Source of the DNA: a virus
Taxonomy: Duplodnaviria; Caudoviricetes
Length of the DNA stretch: 38,551 bases
Reading direction: 5' to 3' (one strand)
IMG/VR virus record: IMGVR_UViG_3300030397_000289
Span: 1 to 38,551 of that record
The notes beneath the pieces are model-generated. The model was given only the letters and a program-made list of their open reading frames with translations, had not been told where the DNA came from and made no database searches. This document shows positions 1-8,807 of the stretch, one piece after another. Numbering within the stretch: the stretch's first letter is position 1; each line of letters starts with the position of its first letter. A program made the position numbers and the translations under genes.

Positions 1-306
1 CTGCGCGAGGCCATCAAACACGAGCTGGATGTTGTCCGCGCAGATCTTTACCATAAAAGTCTGAGGTTTAACGGCCTTTCATGGACGGTAGTTGAAAGCG
101 TGTTTAAGCAGCACAAAGCAACCATGGGTATAGTTCTTAAGGACGCCAAGCTGGTGCGGGAGAACGCTGTAAAATGGGTGGATTTGCTGGAAGAGCATCT
201 TAAGAAGCTGCACGACGAGCCAGAAACTAAGCATACGCTTAATATCACTACCGTTAATTCCATGGTGGGGATTTTGAAAACGACCATCAACAAATCCATA
301 GTGTAA
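1..306 (+). CDS. Hypothetical protein, start uncertain (frame open from base 1; ORF track starts at 100)
   Basis: Frame 1 open from the window edge (LREAIKHELD...) to TAA at 304-306, which overlaps the next ATG. Confidence 0.5.
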   Translation: MREAIKHELDVVRADLYHKSLRFNGLSWTVVESVFKQHKATMGIVLKDAKLVRENAVKWVDLLEEHLKKLHDEPETKHTLNITTVNSMVGILKTTINKSIV

Positions 307-473
307 TGAAGAAGAGATTTAAAAGGTCTTTAATGCCATTTTTTGCAATTATTTGGTTTTGGGGCACTGTAGCTTTAGCGGTTTTCTTCCCTGTTTGGAC
401 GATTATATATATCGTTTGGGGTTGGAATTACTACATGAAGGTAGACCCGTGTAAACTTTATTTTGAACCTTAA
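306..473 (+). CDS. Small membrane protein (55 aa, not in ORF track)
   Basis: Manual translation MKKRFKRSLMPFFAIIWFWGTVALAVFFPVWTIIYIVWGWNYYMKVDPCKLYFEP; TAATG coupling; long hydrophobic stretch. Confidence 0.6.
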   Translation: MKKRFKRSLMPFFAIIWFWGTVALAVFFPVWTIIYIVWGWNYYMKVDPCKLYFEP

Positions 474-485
474 AACACTAAACCT

Positions 486-1214
486 ATGAAAATATATCTA
501 CTACGCCCTTTAATTGGGCCAGACGGCCAGAAGATGCCGCATAACATGCCTTACGACGTCCCAGACGAATGGGGACAGAAGCAAGTGGACAAGGGCATAG
601 CCAACGTGATAGCGCCCAGGATAGAGGAACCTTTTGACGGGGAGCGCATACACTATATAAGCCCCTACAGCTTAGAAAAAGACTACGGGGCAGTTATCAA
701 TGAAACGGTGGCGCTTTTTGATAACATTCCTCAAGACTGGATCTGCCTTATGGACCAGGATACTATGTTATTTCCCCAGGCTCCCCACCTTATTAAGCAC
801 GTTACCGAAACCTACCCTTATGTGGGGATGTTCGGAGCTCGCACCAACAGGATAGGGCAAAGCACCATTTTAAACCGGCAGCGCGTGGACAGCATGTTTG
901 AGGAAAGGGACATGCACCAGCACAAGAAGTATGCCCAGCTACTTTTTAACCAGGAGGGCCACAAGGTTACACTTATCGACAGGCCAATAGCTGGGTTTTT
1001 TATGCTGTTCCGGGTAGCTACCTGGCTGAAGGTCGGGGGGTTTAAGAAGAAACTGGCCGACGGGGGTTACTTCGATATGCATTTTTCGAATGAGGTATTA
1101 AACCACGGCTACCACATTGGCCTTATCAATGGCCTGTATGTATTTCACCTCTACAGGATGGGGGAAGACTTTTCTAAAGACGATCATTTACGAACACACC
1201 CCTTGAAAAGTTAG
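486..1214 (+). CDS. Putative GT-A/GT2-like glycosyltransferase with a short N-terminal accessory domain
   Basis: DxD motif after a hydrophobic strand (WICLMDQDT), YGAVIN, AGFFMLFR..W.KVGGF, D..FS, YVFHLY. Confidence 0.75.
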   Translation: MKIYLLRPLIGPDGQKMPHNMPYDVPDEWGQKQVDKGIANVIAPRIEEPFDGERIHYISPYSLEKDYGAVINETVALFDNIPQDWICLMDQDTMLFPQAPHLIKHVTETYPYVGMFGARTNRIGQSTILNRQRVDSMFEERDMHQHKKYAQLLFNQEGHKVTLIDRPIAGFFMLFRVATWLKVGGFKKKLADGGYFDMHFSNEVLNHGYHIGLINGLYVFHLYRMGEDFSKDDHLRTHPLKS

Positions 1215-1251
1215 CTGAATTTCGTATATTATACACCGAACAAAAACAATT
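1202..1251 (+). promoter_or_regulatory. Bacteroidota-type promoter plus conserved leader GAACAAAAACAATT upstream of recT
   Basis: CTTG(1202-05)-N19-TATATTAT(1225-32); motif at 1238-1251; ATG at 1259. Confidence 0.6.
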
Positions 1252-1258
1252 AATCAAC

Positions 1259-2011
1259 ATGAGCAACTTACAGTTATTGAAAACGTCCCTGGAATCGGAC
1301 GTGGTAAAGGATAAATTTACCGATATGCTGGGTAAGAAGGCGCCGGGGTTTATCAGCAGCATTATAAGCTCGGTAAGCACCAACCCGAAGCTGCTAGAGT
1401 GCGACCCCAACACTATTATTGCCAGTGCTGCGGTGGCTGCCAGTATAGATCTACCCATTATTCCCAGCCTGGGGTATTCCTACATTGTGCCCTACGCTGG
1501 CAAGGCGCAGTTTCAAATGGGCTACAAGGGACTTATACAGCTCGCTATGAGGACGGGCCAGTATAGGACAATCAACGCCCTGGTGGTGTTTGAAGGGGAA
1601 CTGCGCAGCGTTGATAAGCTTACCGGCTTTGTGGACGTGAACGGCGAAAAGGAAAGTAACACCGTTATAGGCTATTTGGGCTACTTCAAAATGCTCAACG
1701 GCTTTGAAAAAATGCTGTACATGACCGTGGAGGAAATGGATAGCCACGGTGCGCGCTACAGCAAGACTTTTAACAAGGAGTCTGGGCTGTGGAAAAAAGA
1801 CCCCGAAGTTATGGGGAAGAAGACCGTTCTTAAGCTTTTGCTTAGTAAATACGGTTTCCTTTCTATTGAAATGCAAACGGCCGTAGAAACCGACCAGGGA
1901 GTAGTTACCGATGCGGGCATAGAGTACCCGGATGCCAAGGAGCAGCGCAGCTTTGACGATCAGGAGCCGGTGGAGGCTCGCATAGTTGACGAAGAAGAAG
2001 CCAGCGAGTAA
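1259..2011 (+). CDS. recT: RecT-family single-strand annealing recombinase
   Basis: LLECDPNTII..A..AASIDLP..PSLGYSYIVPY.GKAQFQMGYKGLIQLAMRTGQY and W..D.E.MGKKTVLK motifs; next to an exonuclease gene. Confidence 0.93.
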   Translation: MSNLQLLKTSLESDVVKDKFTDMLGKKAPGFISSIISSVSTNPKLLECDPNTIIASAAVAASIDLPIIPSLGYSYIVPYAGKAQFQMGYKGLIQLAMRTGQYRTINALVVFEGELRSVDKLTGFVDVNGEKESNTVIGYLGYFKMLNGFEKMLYMTVEEMDSHGARYSKTFNKESGLWKKDPEVMGKKTVLKLLLSKYGFLSIEMQTAVETDQGVVTDAGIEYPDAKEQRSFDDQEPVEARIVDEEEASE

Positions 2012-2226
2012 TGGAACTAAAACCGATAAATCCACGACGTTTTCGAGAGGAAAACGGGCTGAGTTTACGCCAGTTTGCCATACTGGCGGGCGTAAATCAC
2101 AGTTCGCTACACCGATTAGAAAAGGGTAAAGATATTACCTTAAGCGCTTATTTTAAGATAATTAACGCTATGTCGGTTATAAAGAGGGCAAAAGCAAAGG
2201 GTATAGACATTAAAAGTGTTTTTTAA
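2011..2226 (+). CDS. XRE/Cro-like helix-turn-helix protein
   Basis: FREENGLSLRQFAILAGVNHSSLHRLEKG pattern. Confidence 0.85.
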   Translation: MELKPINPRRFREENGLSLRQFAILAGVNHSSLHRLEKGKDITLSAYFKIINAMSVIKRAKAKGIDIKSVF

Positions 2227-2882
2227 TGGAACAGAACAGCTTAGAGTGGCACCGGGCAAGGCTCGGCAAGGTCACGAGTTCAAACTTTCATAAGCTCGCA
2301 GGATCTCGCGGGCTGGGGAAAACCGGCGAAACTTACGTGCACGAACTAGCTGCCGGTTACATAGGTGTAAAAGTGCCTGAAGCATACGCTAAATCTATGG
2401 AGTGGGGTAGCGAATTGGAGCCCGACGCTAGGGAGTATTACAAGCTTTCAATGAGTGAGTTTCTTTCTGTTGATTTGACTATAGAAACAGAAGGCTTTGT
2501 GCAGCGCAAAGATATGGACGCGGGATTTAGTCCCGACGGGATAGTGACCGGAGAGAGTGGAAAATTACACGGCCCATTGCATTACGGCCTTGAGATAAAA
2601 TGTCCCTACAACCCAGGGAACCACGTAAAGCACATGCGGGTAAATAATGCGGGCGATCTATTAAACGTTGAACCAAAGCACTACTGGCAGATATGCTTTA
2701 GCCTCTGGGTGAGCGGCTGGGACTACTGGCACTTCGTCAGCTATGACCCCCGATTTACGGGCAAGCAGCGCATGCATATAGCTAAAATAGTTATGCCTGA
2801 TGGGTTGGCGGACTTTATAGAAGAGCGGACCAGAGAAGCGCTGGATTTAAGAAATCAGATTTTAAACGAGATAAAGAACTAG
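2226..2882 (+). CDS. YqaJ/lambda-exonuclease family recombination nuclease
   Basis: Q.S.EWH.ARLGKVTSS, MEWG.ELEP.AR, SPDG, GLEIKCP, YWQ, FVSYDPR. Confidence 0.92.
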   Translation: MEQNSLEWHRARLGKVTSSNFHKLAGSRGLGKTGETYVHELAAGYIGVKVPEAYAKSMEWGSELEPDAREYYKLSMSEFLSVDLTIETEGFVQRKDMDAGFSPDGIVTGESGKLHGPLHYGLEIKCPYNPGNHVKHMRVNNAGDLLNVEPKHYWQICFSLWVSGWDYWHFVSYDPRFTGKQRMHIAKIVMPDGLADFIEERTREALDLRNQILNEIKN

Positions 2883-2884
2883 TT

Positions 2885-3136
2885 ATGAAAAGTTTACACA
2901 AGAATTACCAGGAAATGCTTAAAGAGTGCAGGGGGCCGGTAAGGCGTTTTATTATGCTAATTGCCCCGTTTTGGTTTGCTTTAAATGTAACGGGCTATGT
3001 TCCCGCGCTTATTGTGTGGGACAGCAACCCAGCGCTGGCCGACGCCCTTTTATGGGGGTGGCTGGTAAGCTGTGTTGTTTTTGTTTTTGCCTGGGCGTTC
3101 TCTATGCCGCAGGGGTGGGAACCGATGGATATTTAA
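2885..3136 (+). CDS. Small membrane protein (2 TM)
   Basis: Two hydrophobic segments; operon spacing. Confidence 0.65.
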   Translation: MKSLHKNYQEMLKECRGPVRRFIMLIAPFWFALNVTGYVPALIVWDSNPALADALLWGWLVSCVVFVFAWAFSMPQGWEPMDI

Positions 3137-3154
3137 ACTTAATAGATTAGAAAG

Positions 3155-3427
3155 ATGAGCAAACTAAAATCATTTCAGGAAATTAGCCGCGAGGAGTGGC
3201 GCACTGATGAACACGCGCAAATCAGGGAGGTACTGCAGATAGGTGCGCTGTTAAGGATAGCCGAGGCTACCGAAAAAATAGCAGCAGATTACGATCAGCT
3301 AAAAAACGACTATGATTATATGCGTAGCAATCGCAACACATATAGGCGTTTGTATAGACAAGAATATCGTTCTAATAGGGCTTTGCGCGGATGGATTACC
3401 AGGCTTAAGAAGAAGCTAAAAGGGTAA
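3155..3427 (+). CDS. Hypothetical phage protein (coiled, basic C-terminus)
   Basis: ORF in tightly packed operon. Confidence 0.7.
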   Translation: MSKLKSFQEISREEWRTDEHAQIREVLQIGALLRIAEATEKIAADYDQLKNDYDYMRSNRNTYRRLYRQEYRSNRALRGWITRLKKKLKG

Positions 3428-3682
3428 ATGAAGACGCTAAAAGAGGTTAAGAGCCACTTCGCTGCCCTTTCCAGGAAAAGGCGGCGGATGAAGAGAAAGG
3501 AGAGCTACGACGCTTTCTTGGATATGTACACCAGCGAGATAGAATCCCAGCTTTTACAGCCTTTGGGGGTGCTTACAGCCAACTACAAGGAAGAAAACCC
3601 GGAAGCAGATCCTTACCAGGACCCTGTGCTTTTGGAGATCGACAAGTACAAGAAGCTCACCTTTAATATGTTAAGAATATGA
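3428..3682 (+). CDS. Hypothetical protein
   Basis: Abuts upstream stop; ATGA overlap with next ORF. Confidence 0.65.
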   Translation: MKTLKEVKSHFAALSRKRRRMKRKESYDAFLDMYTSEIESQLLQPLGVLTANYKEENPEADPYQDPVLLEIDKYKKLTFNMLRI

Positions 3683-4008
3683 AAACTATAGAAATACCTA
3701 AAAGTATTAACATTAGCGAAATGCCCGTAGAAATAAGTTGCCTGGGCGTTGTGGTAACTACAGGCTCAATAAGCATTAAAATTACATGGAAGGATGTTTA
3801 CGAGGATAAGCGAATAGGGGACTGGCAGGAATTTGGCGAACTAGTAGCTGCCGGAACAAGGAAAACGAAGATAACTATGGTAAGCGGCATCGACCTTTCG
3901 CAAATGCAGGAGGGTGTAAACTATGATATGGAATCCGAACACCTTTTTGGCGTTGTTGTAAACGCTGGCGGCTTCCTCTCTTTAAATGGAGAACTTAGAG
4001 TAAAGTAA
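3679..4008 (+). CDS. Hypothetical protein
   Basis: Coupled ORF. Confidence 0.65.
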   Translation: MKTIEIPKSINISEMPVEISCLGVVVTTGSISIKITWKDVYEDKRIGDWQEFGELVAAGTRKTKITMVSGIDLSQMQEGVNYDMESEHLFGVVVNAGGFLSLNGELRVK

Positions 4009-4277
4009 TGAACGGACTAGCGCACATTCAAACCTGGCTGGACTGGATAAGGCCGGGGGGTAAGATCGCCTTCGAAAAGGACGAATCGAAGTACAAGGGT
4101 GGGGTGAAAGTTACCCTTTCCTGGTACAGCGAAAAGCTAAAGGTGAACTGTAAGCAGCAGTTTTTAATAGACCCCATGGCCCTGGGCGGTGGGAGTAAAC
4201 AAGACCACGAAAGGCTGGACTTCCAGATAAGCAGCCGCATCCAAGCGTTCAACAAACTTTGTAAGGATTATGAGTAA
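4008..4277 (+). CDS. Hypothetical protein
   Basis: TAATG-coupled ORF. Confidence 0.65.
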   Translation: MNGLAHIQTWLDWIRPGGKIAFEKDESKYKGGVKVTLSWYSEKLKVNCKQQFLIDPMALGGGSKQDHERLDFQISSRIQAFNKLCKDYE

Positions 4278-4551
4278 AGCAATGGAACATAGAATATTAC
4301 AGGATGCTATTAATAAATGGGGTGAAGACGCTCAAATAGCAATGATTCAAGAAGAGGCTATAGAATTGAGTCTAGCACTTCATAAGTTCAGGACCAGGGG
4401 CGGGAGCATTGAAGACGTTATAGATGAACTGGCAGACATGAAAATTATGCTAGCGCAGGCTGAAATAATGTTACCTAAAGACGCAGTAAATAACAGGGTG
4501 GCTTATAAAATGAAAAGGCTAAAAGGGCGATTAGATAGAAGTGAATTTTAA
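4270..4551 (+). CDS. MazG-like NTP pyrophosphohydrolase
   Basis: KWG..AQ...IQEEAIEL and IDELAD..IMLAQ acidic helical motifs. Confidence 0.8.
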   Translation: MSKAMEHRILQDAINKWGEDAQIAMIQEEAIELSLALHKFRTRGGSIEDVIDELADMKIMLAQAEIMLPKDAVNNRVAYKMKRLKGRLDRSEF

Positions 4552-4556
4552 ACCAC

Positions 4557-4626
4557 TAAAAAAGGGACCCGGTGCAGGTCCCTAATCGGATTTTGTACGC
4601 TTTACTTAACTAACTACTAAAAGATT
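4557..4626 (-). ncRNA. Predicted small RNA on the minus strand (promoter to intrinsic terminator, no ORF)
   Basis: Minus-strand GTTG(4662-59)-N20-TAACATTG(4638-31); hairpin AGGGACC/GGTCCCT (4563-4583) followed by T6 on the minus strand. Confidence 0.5.
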
Positions 4627-4680
4627 TGAACAATGTTAGCTAAAATATTTCCAACTGTCAACGGATTTAGTACTTTTACA

Positions 4681-4785
4681 GAAAGGGGGCTTACCGGGGC
4701 TTATAATCCTGGGACAGCTTTAAATTCCACTGGGGCGCGCCCTCCTTTCTTTTTTTACAGTGGGAACACATAAACAGTGGAATAA
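4681..4785 (+). promoter_or_regulatory. Structured leader (C4/CI-like antisense element) upstream of the replication initiator
   Basis: Outer stem GAAAGGGGGC/GCCCTCCTTTC plus T-tract; internal ATTCCACTG (4724-32) complementary to CAGTGGGAA (4758-66) and CAGTGGAAT (4775-83). Confidence 0.55.
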
Positions 4786-5664
4786 ATGGCAAGACCAAAG
4801 TCCAATACAGTTGACTACTTTCCCCACTACATTAGCGACGGGAAGAAAATGTTTATAATCGAGAGTAAGTACGGGAACGACGGTTACGCCGTTTGGTTCA
4901 AGCTTCTCGAAATTCTAGCCAAAACAGAAGACCACTTTTTAAACTTAGGCGAGGACACGCAATTAATGTACGTGGCCTCTAAGTGCAGGGTATCCAACGA
5001 GCTTCTTCAAGATATTATTAGCGACATGGTAGCCCTGGGAGTTTTCAACAAAACACTCTGGAAATATAAGGTAGTTTGGAGTCAGGATTTTGTTGACTCG
5101 GTACAGGCTGTTTATAGGAAGCGCGGAACAGAAACCCCCACTTACGAGGGTTTATGGTACCAGTTATCCCGCACAGGTGTAGTTCCCGTCACAGAAACCC
5201 CCATTCTCGTCACAGAAACCCCACAAAGTAAAGTAAAGTATAGTATAGTAGAGGAAACTACACTAATAGGGGGTGAAAATTCAATTGACCCTTTAACGGA
5301 TGTTCAAAAAAAATTACGTGCTGATATTCTGGAACTTTTTGAGGTACCAGAAAACAATGAAAAAATATTTCGCCTGGCCACGTCATTTTCGAACTGTGAG
5401 GGTGAGGTGCTAAAATGGCGCCGCCAGCAGTTTAATGGATACCGTCAGCACTGCAGGGACAACCCCGATACATTCAAGTATGATATCGAGAGGTATTTAG
5501 GTGAACCCCCGGACTTTGAAGGTAAGTGGAACTCCAAGAAATGGGGCACAGGGGGGAGCGACACTCCAAAGTTAAAAAGCATAATACCTGCAGGCTATAC
5601 CCGCCGGACGTGGGAAGAAAAACTAGCAAGAGATACGGAAAATGAACGATTAAAAAACAAATGA
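4786..5664 (+). CDS. Phage replication initiator, DUF4373/Lin1244-like N-terminal domain
   Basis: MARP....VDYFPH, IESKYGNDGYAVWFKLLE.L, QSKVKYS linker; upstream of DnaB; internal direct repeats. Confidence 0.8.
   Translation: MARPKSNTVDYFPHYISDGKKMFIIESKYGNDGYAVWFKLLEILAKTEDHFLNLGEDTQLMYVASKCRVSNELLQDIISDMVALGVFNKTLWKYKVVWSQDFVDSVQAVYRKRGTETPTYEGLWYQLSRTGVVPVTETPILVTETPQSKVKYSIVEETTLIGGENSIDPLTDVQKKLRADILELFEVPENNEKIFRLATSFSNCEGEVLKWRRQQFNGYRQHCRDNPDTFKYDIERYLGEPPDFEGKWNSKKWGTGGSDTPKLKSIIPAGYTRRTWEEKLARDTENERLKNK
5128..5250 (+). repeat. Iteron-like repeats and AT-rich pentamer tract (putative origin)
   Basis: ACAGAAACCCC at 5128, 5191 and 5212; tandem 21-mers 5183-5224; then AAAGT x3 and ATAGT x2. 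Confidence 0.65.
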
Positions 5665-6338
5665 GCCAGCCCATAATAAACCTATACCACGGAGACTGCA
5701 TGGAGGCCATGCGAGAAATGGAAGATAACCAGTACGATTTAGCGATCGTAGATCCTCCCTATGGTATAGGCAATACGACAACCAGCAAAGGCAACAAAAA
5801 CCGCAAAACCCCACACAAGCACGTAAAGTGGAATAGTAGTATTCCTAGTGAAGAGTATTTTACCGAGCTCCTGCGGGTTTCTAAAAATCAAATTATATGG
5901 GGGGCGAACTACATGCACCCACACATCCCACACCCTGGGCGGGTTATTCACTACAAAGACCCCTTTCAAGATCCCGAAGCCGGTAAGATTCATTTTTGCG
6001 TGGCCGATATCGCAAGCCAATCTTTTGATAACAGGATCGAACTTTTCAAGTATCGGTGGTATGGAAATCACCAAGGCACCGGGGTAAACTGGGATAATTC
6101 TGGACCCGATGCGAGAATACACCCCACGCAAAAGCCTATAGCTCTTTACAAGTGGCTGCTTCGAAAGTATACCGACGGGGGCGGTAAGATTTTAGACACT
6201 CACGGCGGTTCGATGTCGATCGCGATAGCGTGCCACGACATGGGGTTTGACCTTGATTTATGGGAACTGGATGAAGATTATTACAAGGCAGGTGTAAAAA
6301 GATTCGAAGAGCACAAACAGCAGTTAAAGTTATTTTAA
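5661..6338 (+). CDS. Orphan DNA methyltransferase (N6-adenine/N4-cytosine, beta class)
   Basis: GDCME, DPPY, HPTQKPIALYKWLL, ILDTHGGS.S.AIAC. Confidence 0.92.
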   Translation: MSQPIINLYHGDCMEAMREMEDNQYDLAIVDPPYGIGNTTTSKGNKNRKTPHKHVKWNSSIPSEEYFTELLRVSKNQIIWGANYMHPHIPHPGRVIHYKDPFQDPEAGKIHFCVADIASQSFDNRIELFKYRWYGNHQGTGVNWDNSGPDARIHPTQKPIALYKWLLRKYTDGGGKILDTHGGSMSIAIACHDMGFDLDLWELDEDYYKAGVKRFEEHKQQLKLF

Positions 6339-7787
6339 ATGGAATACGGAAAAACAAGCTTAAGAAAAGTAGCCCAGGATATTAGCCAGTCATTGGGCAA
6401 GGTGCCCCCGCAGGCGATCGACATAGAAGAGGCCGTGCTAGGAGCTATAATGCTCGAAAAGGACGCCATTTACACAGCCATCCAAATGCTACCCACAGCG
6501 GAAGCCTTCTACAGGGATACCCACAAGGAGATATACAAAGCTATTCTGGCCCTTAACCAGGAAGGGGAGCCCGTAGATATGCGCAACGTGCCGGCTAAAC
6601 TACGCAAAATGGGTAAGCTGGAATTCGTCGGGGGCAGCTACTACATAGCAGAGCTTACTTCCAAAATCAGCAGCGCGGCAAACATTCAAAGCCACTGCGC
6701 TTTAATAAAGGAATATTTTTTGAAGCGCGAAATAATAAGAGAAGCCAGCGAAGCAGCAAGGCTGGGTTATGACGAAACTATAGACCCCTTCGAGCTTATA
6801 GATTTATTATACGAGGCCCTAAACACCCTTAGCAACTTTGTGCACCAGGGAAGCCAGAAGACCGCCAAAGAACTGGTAGTAGCCAACATTGACGACCTGG
6901 ACAAGGCAATGAACGAGGACAAGCCCCTGCGAGGTATAACCACCGGTTACACAGCGCTGAACGATGCTACAGGGGGATGGCAGGACTCAGAGTTAATTAT
7001 TGTAGCGGCCCGCCCCGGAATGGGCAAGAGTGGCTTTGCCCTCACCAGCGCCCTTGCAGCGGCCCAGGATAACCCCCAGCTACCGGTAGTGGTGTTTTCC
7101 TTAGAGATGAGCGCTAAAAGGCTTATACTACGCCTGCAGTCTCAGGCGGCAGAGATCGAGGTAAGCAAGCTGATAAAAGCAAAGATTGCCAGGGGACCTG
7201 AGTTTGAGGCGCTGATACACAAAAGCCAGCCGGTGAGCCTTCCTAACTTGATTATAATTGACGATACAAGCCTTACTGTTACCCAAATGAGGGCTATACT
7301 TTACAAGATTAAGAGGGAGTGGGGAGGTATGGCCGCGGTGTTTGTGGACTACCTGCAACTAATGGAGGCCCCAAATATTCAAAAAAGAGAGGAGCAAATA
7401 AGCTTTATTTCTCGTAACTTAAAGACGATAGCAAAAACATTAGAATGCCCGGTGGTAGCCTTAAGCCAGCTTTCAAGGGCAGTAGAGACAAGGGGAGGCG
7501 ATAGAAGGCCGCAGCTTTCAGACTTGCGCGAAAGCGGCAGTATAGAGCAGAATGCGGACATGGTGATATTTCTCTACCGCCCGGAGTACTACAAAATAGA
7601 CGAGACTGAAGACGGCAGCAGCACCCGCGGATATGCCCAGGCGATAATAGCCAAGTTCAGGGACGGCAGTTTAGACGACATACCGCTTAAGTTTGTCGGT
7701 AAGTTTATCAAGTTCGCCGACTGGGATCAGGGGCAGGAAGACGATGAAAATGATATGCAAACCCTAATACCGATAGATGAGCTATGA
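6339..7787 (+). CDS. dnaB: Replicative DNA helicase DnaB
   Basis: PPQA.DIEEAVLGA, AARPGMGKS Walker A, SLEMS, VDYLQL, LSQLSR, LSDLRESGSIEQ.AD. Confidence 0.97.
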   Translation: MEYGKTSLRKVAQDISQSLGKVPPQAIDIEEAVLGAIMLEKDAIYTAIQMLPTAEAFYRDTHKEIYKAILALNQEGEPVDMRNVPAKLRKMGKLEFVGGSYYIAELTSKISSAANIQSHCALIKEYFLKREIIREASEAARLGYDETIDPFELIDLLYEALNTLSNFVHQGSQKTAKELVVANIDDLDKAMNEDKPLRGITTGYTALNDATGGWQDSELIIVAARPGMGKSGFALTSALAAAQDNPQLPVVVFSLEMSAKRLILRLQSQAAEIEVSKLIKAKIARGPEFEALIHKSQPVSLPNLIIIDDTSLTVTQMRAILYKIKREWGGMAAVFVDYLQLMEAPNIQKREEQISFISRNLKTIAKTLECPVVALSQLSRAVETRGGDRRPQLSDLRESGSIEQNADMVIFLYRPEYYKIDETEDGSSTRGYAQAIIAKFRDGSLDDIPLKFVGKFIKFADWDQGQEDDENDMQTLIPIDEL

Positions 7788-7939
7788 AAAAAGTACACAC
7801 AGTGCAGGAGGCAGAAAAGCATTTTAAAGAAAACAAAGGCGTGGGCGTATGGTGCGTAGTGGGCAAAAGCGAAAAATACTGCTACAACTACCAGGACGCT
7901 GCGCTTTTCTTCAATCAGTTTACAAACAAACTATTTTAA
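7784..7939 (+). CDS. Small hypothetical protein (51 aa, not in ORF track)
   Basis: ATGA overlap with dnaB stop; MKKVHTVQEAEKHF...; fills the gap to the next gene. Confidence 0.6.
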   Translation: MKKVHTVQEAEKHFKENKGVGVWCVVGKSEKYCYNYQDAALFFNQFTNKLF

Positions 7940-7942
7940 ACC

Positions 7943-8470
7943 ATGGTATCTACCAAAACAATTTCGAAAATCAGTATTAAAGAGGGCGGCGTAGGCATAA
8001 CCTACAAGGAAACGTTCGTCCAGGATGAGAACGTCTTCCACGTAAGCCACGAGGTAACCAGCCCCATGGCTCCAAAAAAGGCTTTCTTTGACAACTTCCA
8101 GCGCCTTAAAAAGTTCGCCTTGGCCGAGTTTGACCTGGACGCCAAGGACGAGAAGAAGAAGGAACGATGTGTGGTGAACCACCTACACATTTACCGGAAG
8201 GACGAGGGCACACAGATTAAAATATCTGTCACCCTCTACAACCAGAAGAACGGTAGCTGGTCGGCCACCACGCCGCTTATTTCCCTTGAAGATCCCGACT
8301 ACATGAAGGCGGTAAGCATTGCCGACAGCGTGGAGGAAGTGGTATTTAATGCCGAGAAATACCTTGAAGGCGAGAACGGCGAGCTGGTACTGGAATTCGA
8401 AGGCGAAGCGGACGCCGAGCCAGTAGCCGGCACAATTGATCCCACAATGCCAAAATCAGAAGATGCCTAA
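7943..8470 (+). CDS. Hypothetical protein with acidic C-terminal tail
   Basis: 175-aa ORF, beta-rich with acidic tail; function not assignable. Confidence 0.7.
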   Translation: MVSTKTISKISIKEGGVGITYKETFVQDENVFHVSHEVTSPMAPKKAFFDNFQRLKKFALAEFDLDAKDEKKKERCVVNHLHIYRKDEGTQIKISVTLYNQKNGSWSATTPLISLEDPDYMKAVSIADSVEEVVFNAEKYLEGENGELVLEFEGEADAEPVAGTIDPTMPKSEDA

Positions 8471-8807
8471 GCACTTCGCGGCAAAGGTTGACGATAACCA
8501 GAAGAATATCGTTAAAATACTACGCAGATCGGGGGCATTTGTCTTATCCATTGCTATGGTTAAGAACGCCTTCGACCTGGTAGTAGCCTACAGAGGCAAA
8601 GTATACTGCATGGAGGTGAAGGACGGCAGCAAACAACCCAGCAGCCGCAAGCTTTCAGACGGCGAGATCCATGCAGCTAGAAAGCTGGAAGCCACCGGCG
8701 TAACCTACCACGTAGTAAAGAGCGCCGAGGAAGCACTTAAAACCATCCTCACCGGTGAAGACCAAACAGACGAATTTTACAGAGAACAGAAACAACTTAA
8801 ATTATGA
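8463..8807 (+). CDS. VRR-NUC/PD-(D/E)xK nuclease (Holliday-junction-resolvase-like)
   Basis: AKVD.NQ..IV..LR..GA.V, FDLVV.Y.G....MEVKDG, LS..E; likely ATG at 8463. Confidence 0.82.
   Translation: MPKHFAAKVDDNQKNIVKILRRSGAFVLSIAMVKNAFDLVVAYRGKVYCMEVKDGSKQPSSRKLSDGEIHAARKLEATGVTYHVVKSAEEALKTILTGEDQTDEFYREQKQLKL

Noticed and set aside
1451-2035. 194-aa minus-strand ORF and the many other minus-strand ORFs in the track
   Set aside because: They overlap well-supported + strand genes and show no family motifs or expression signals
5183-5250. CRISPR array or DGR repeat
   Set aside because: Short adjacent repeats without spacers; no cas or reverse transcriptase gene in the window
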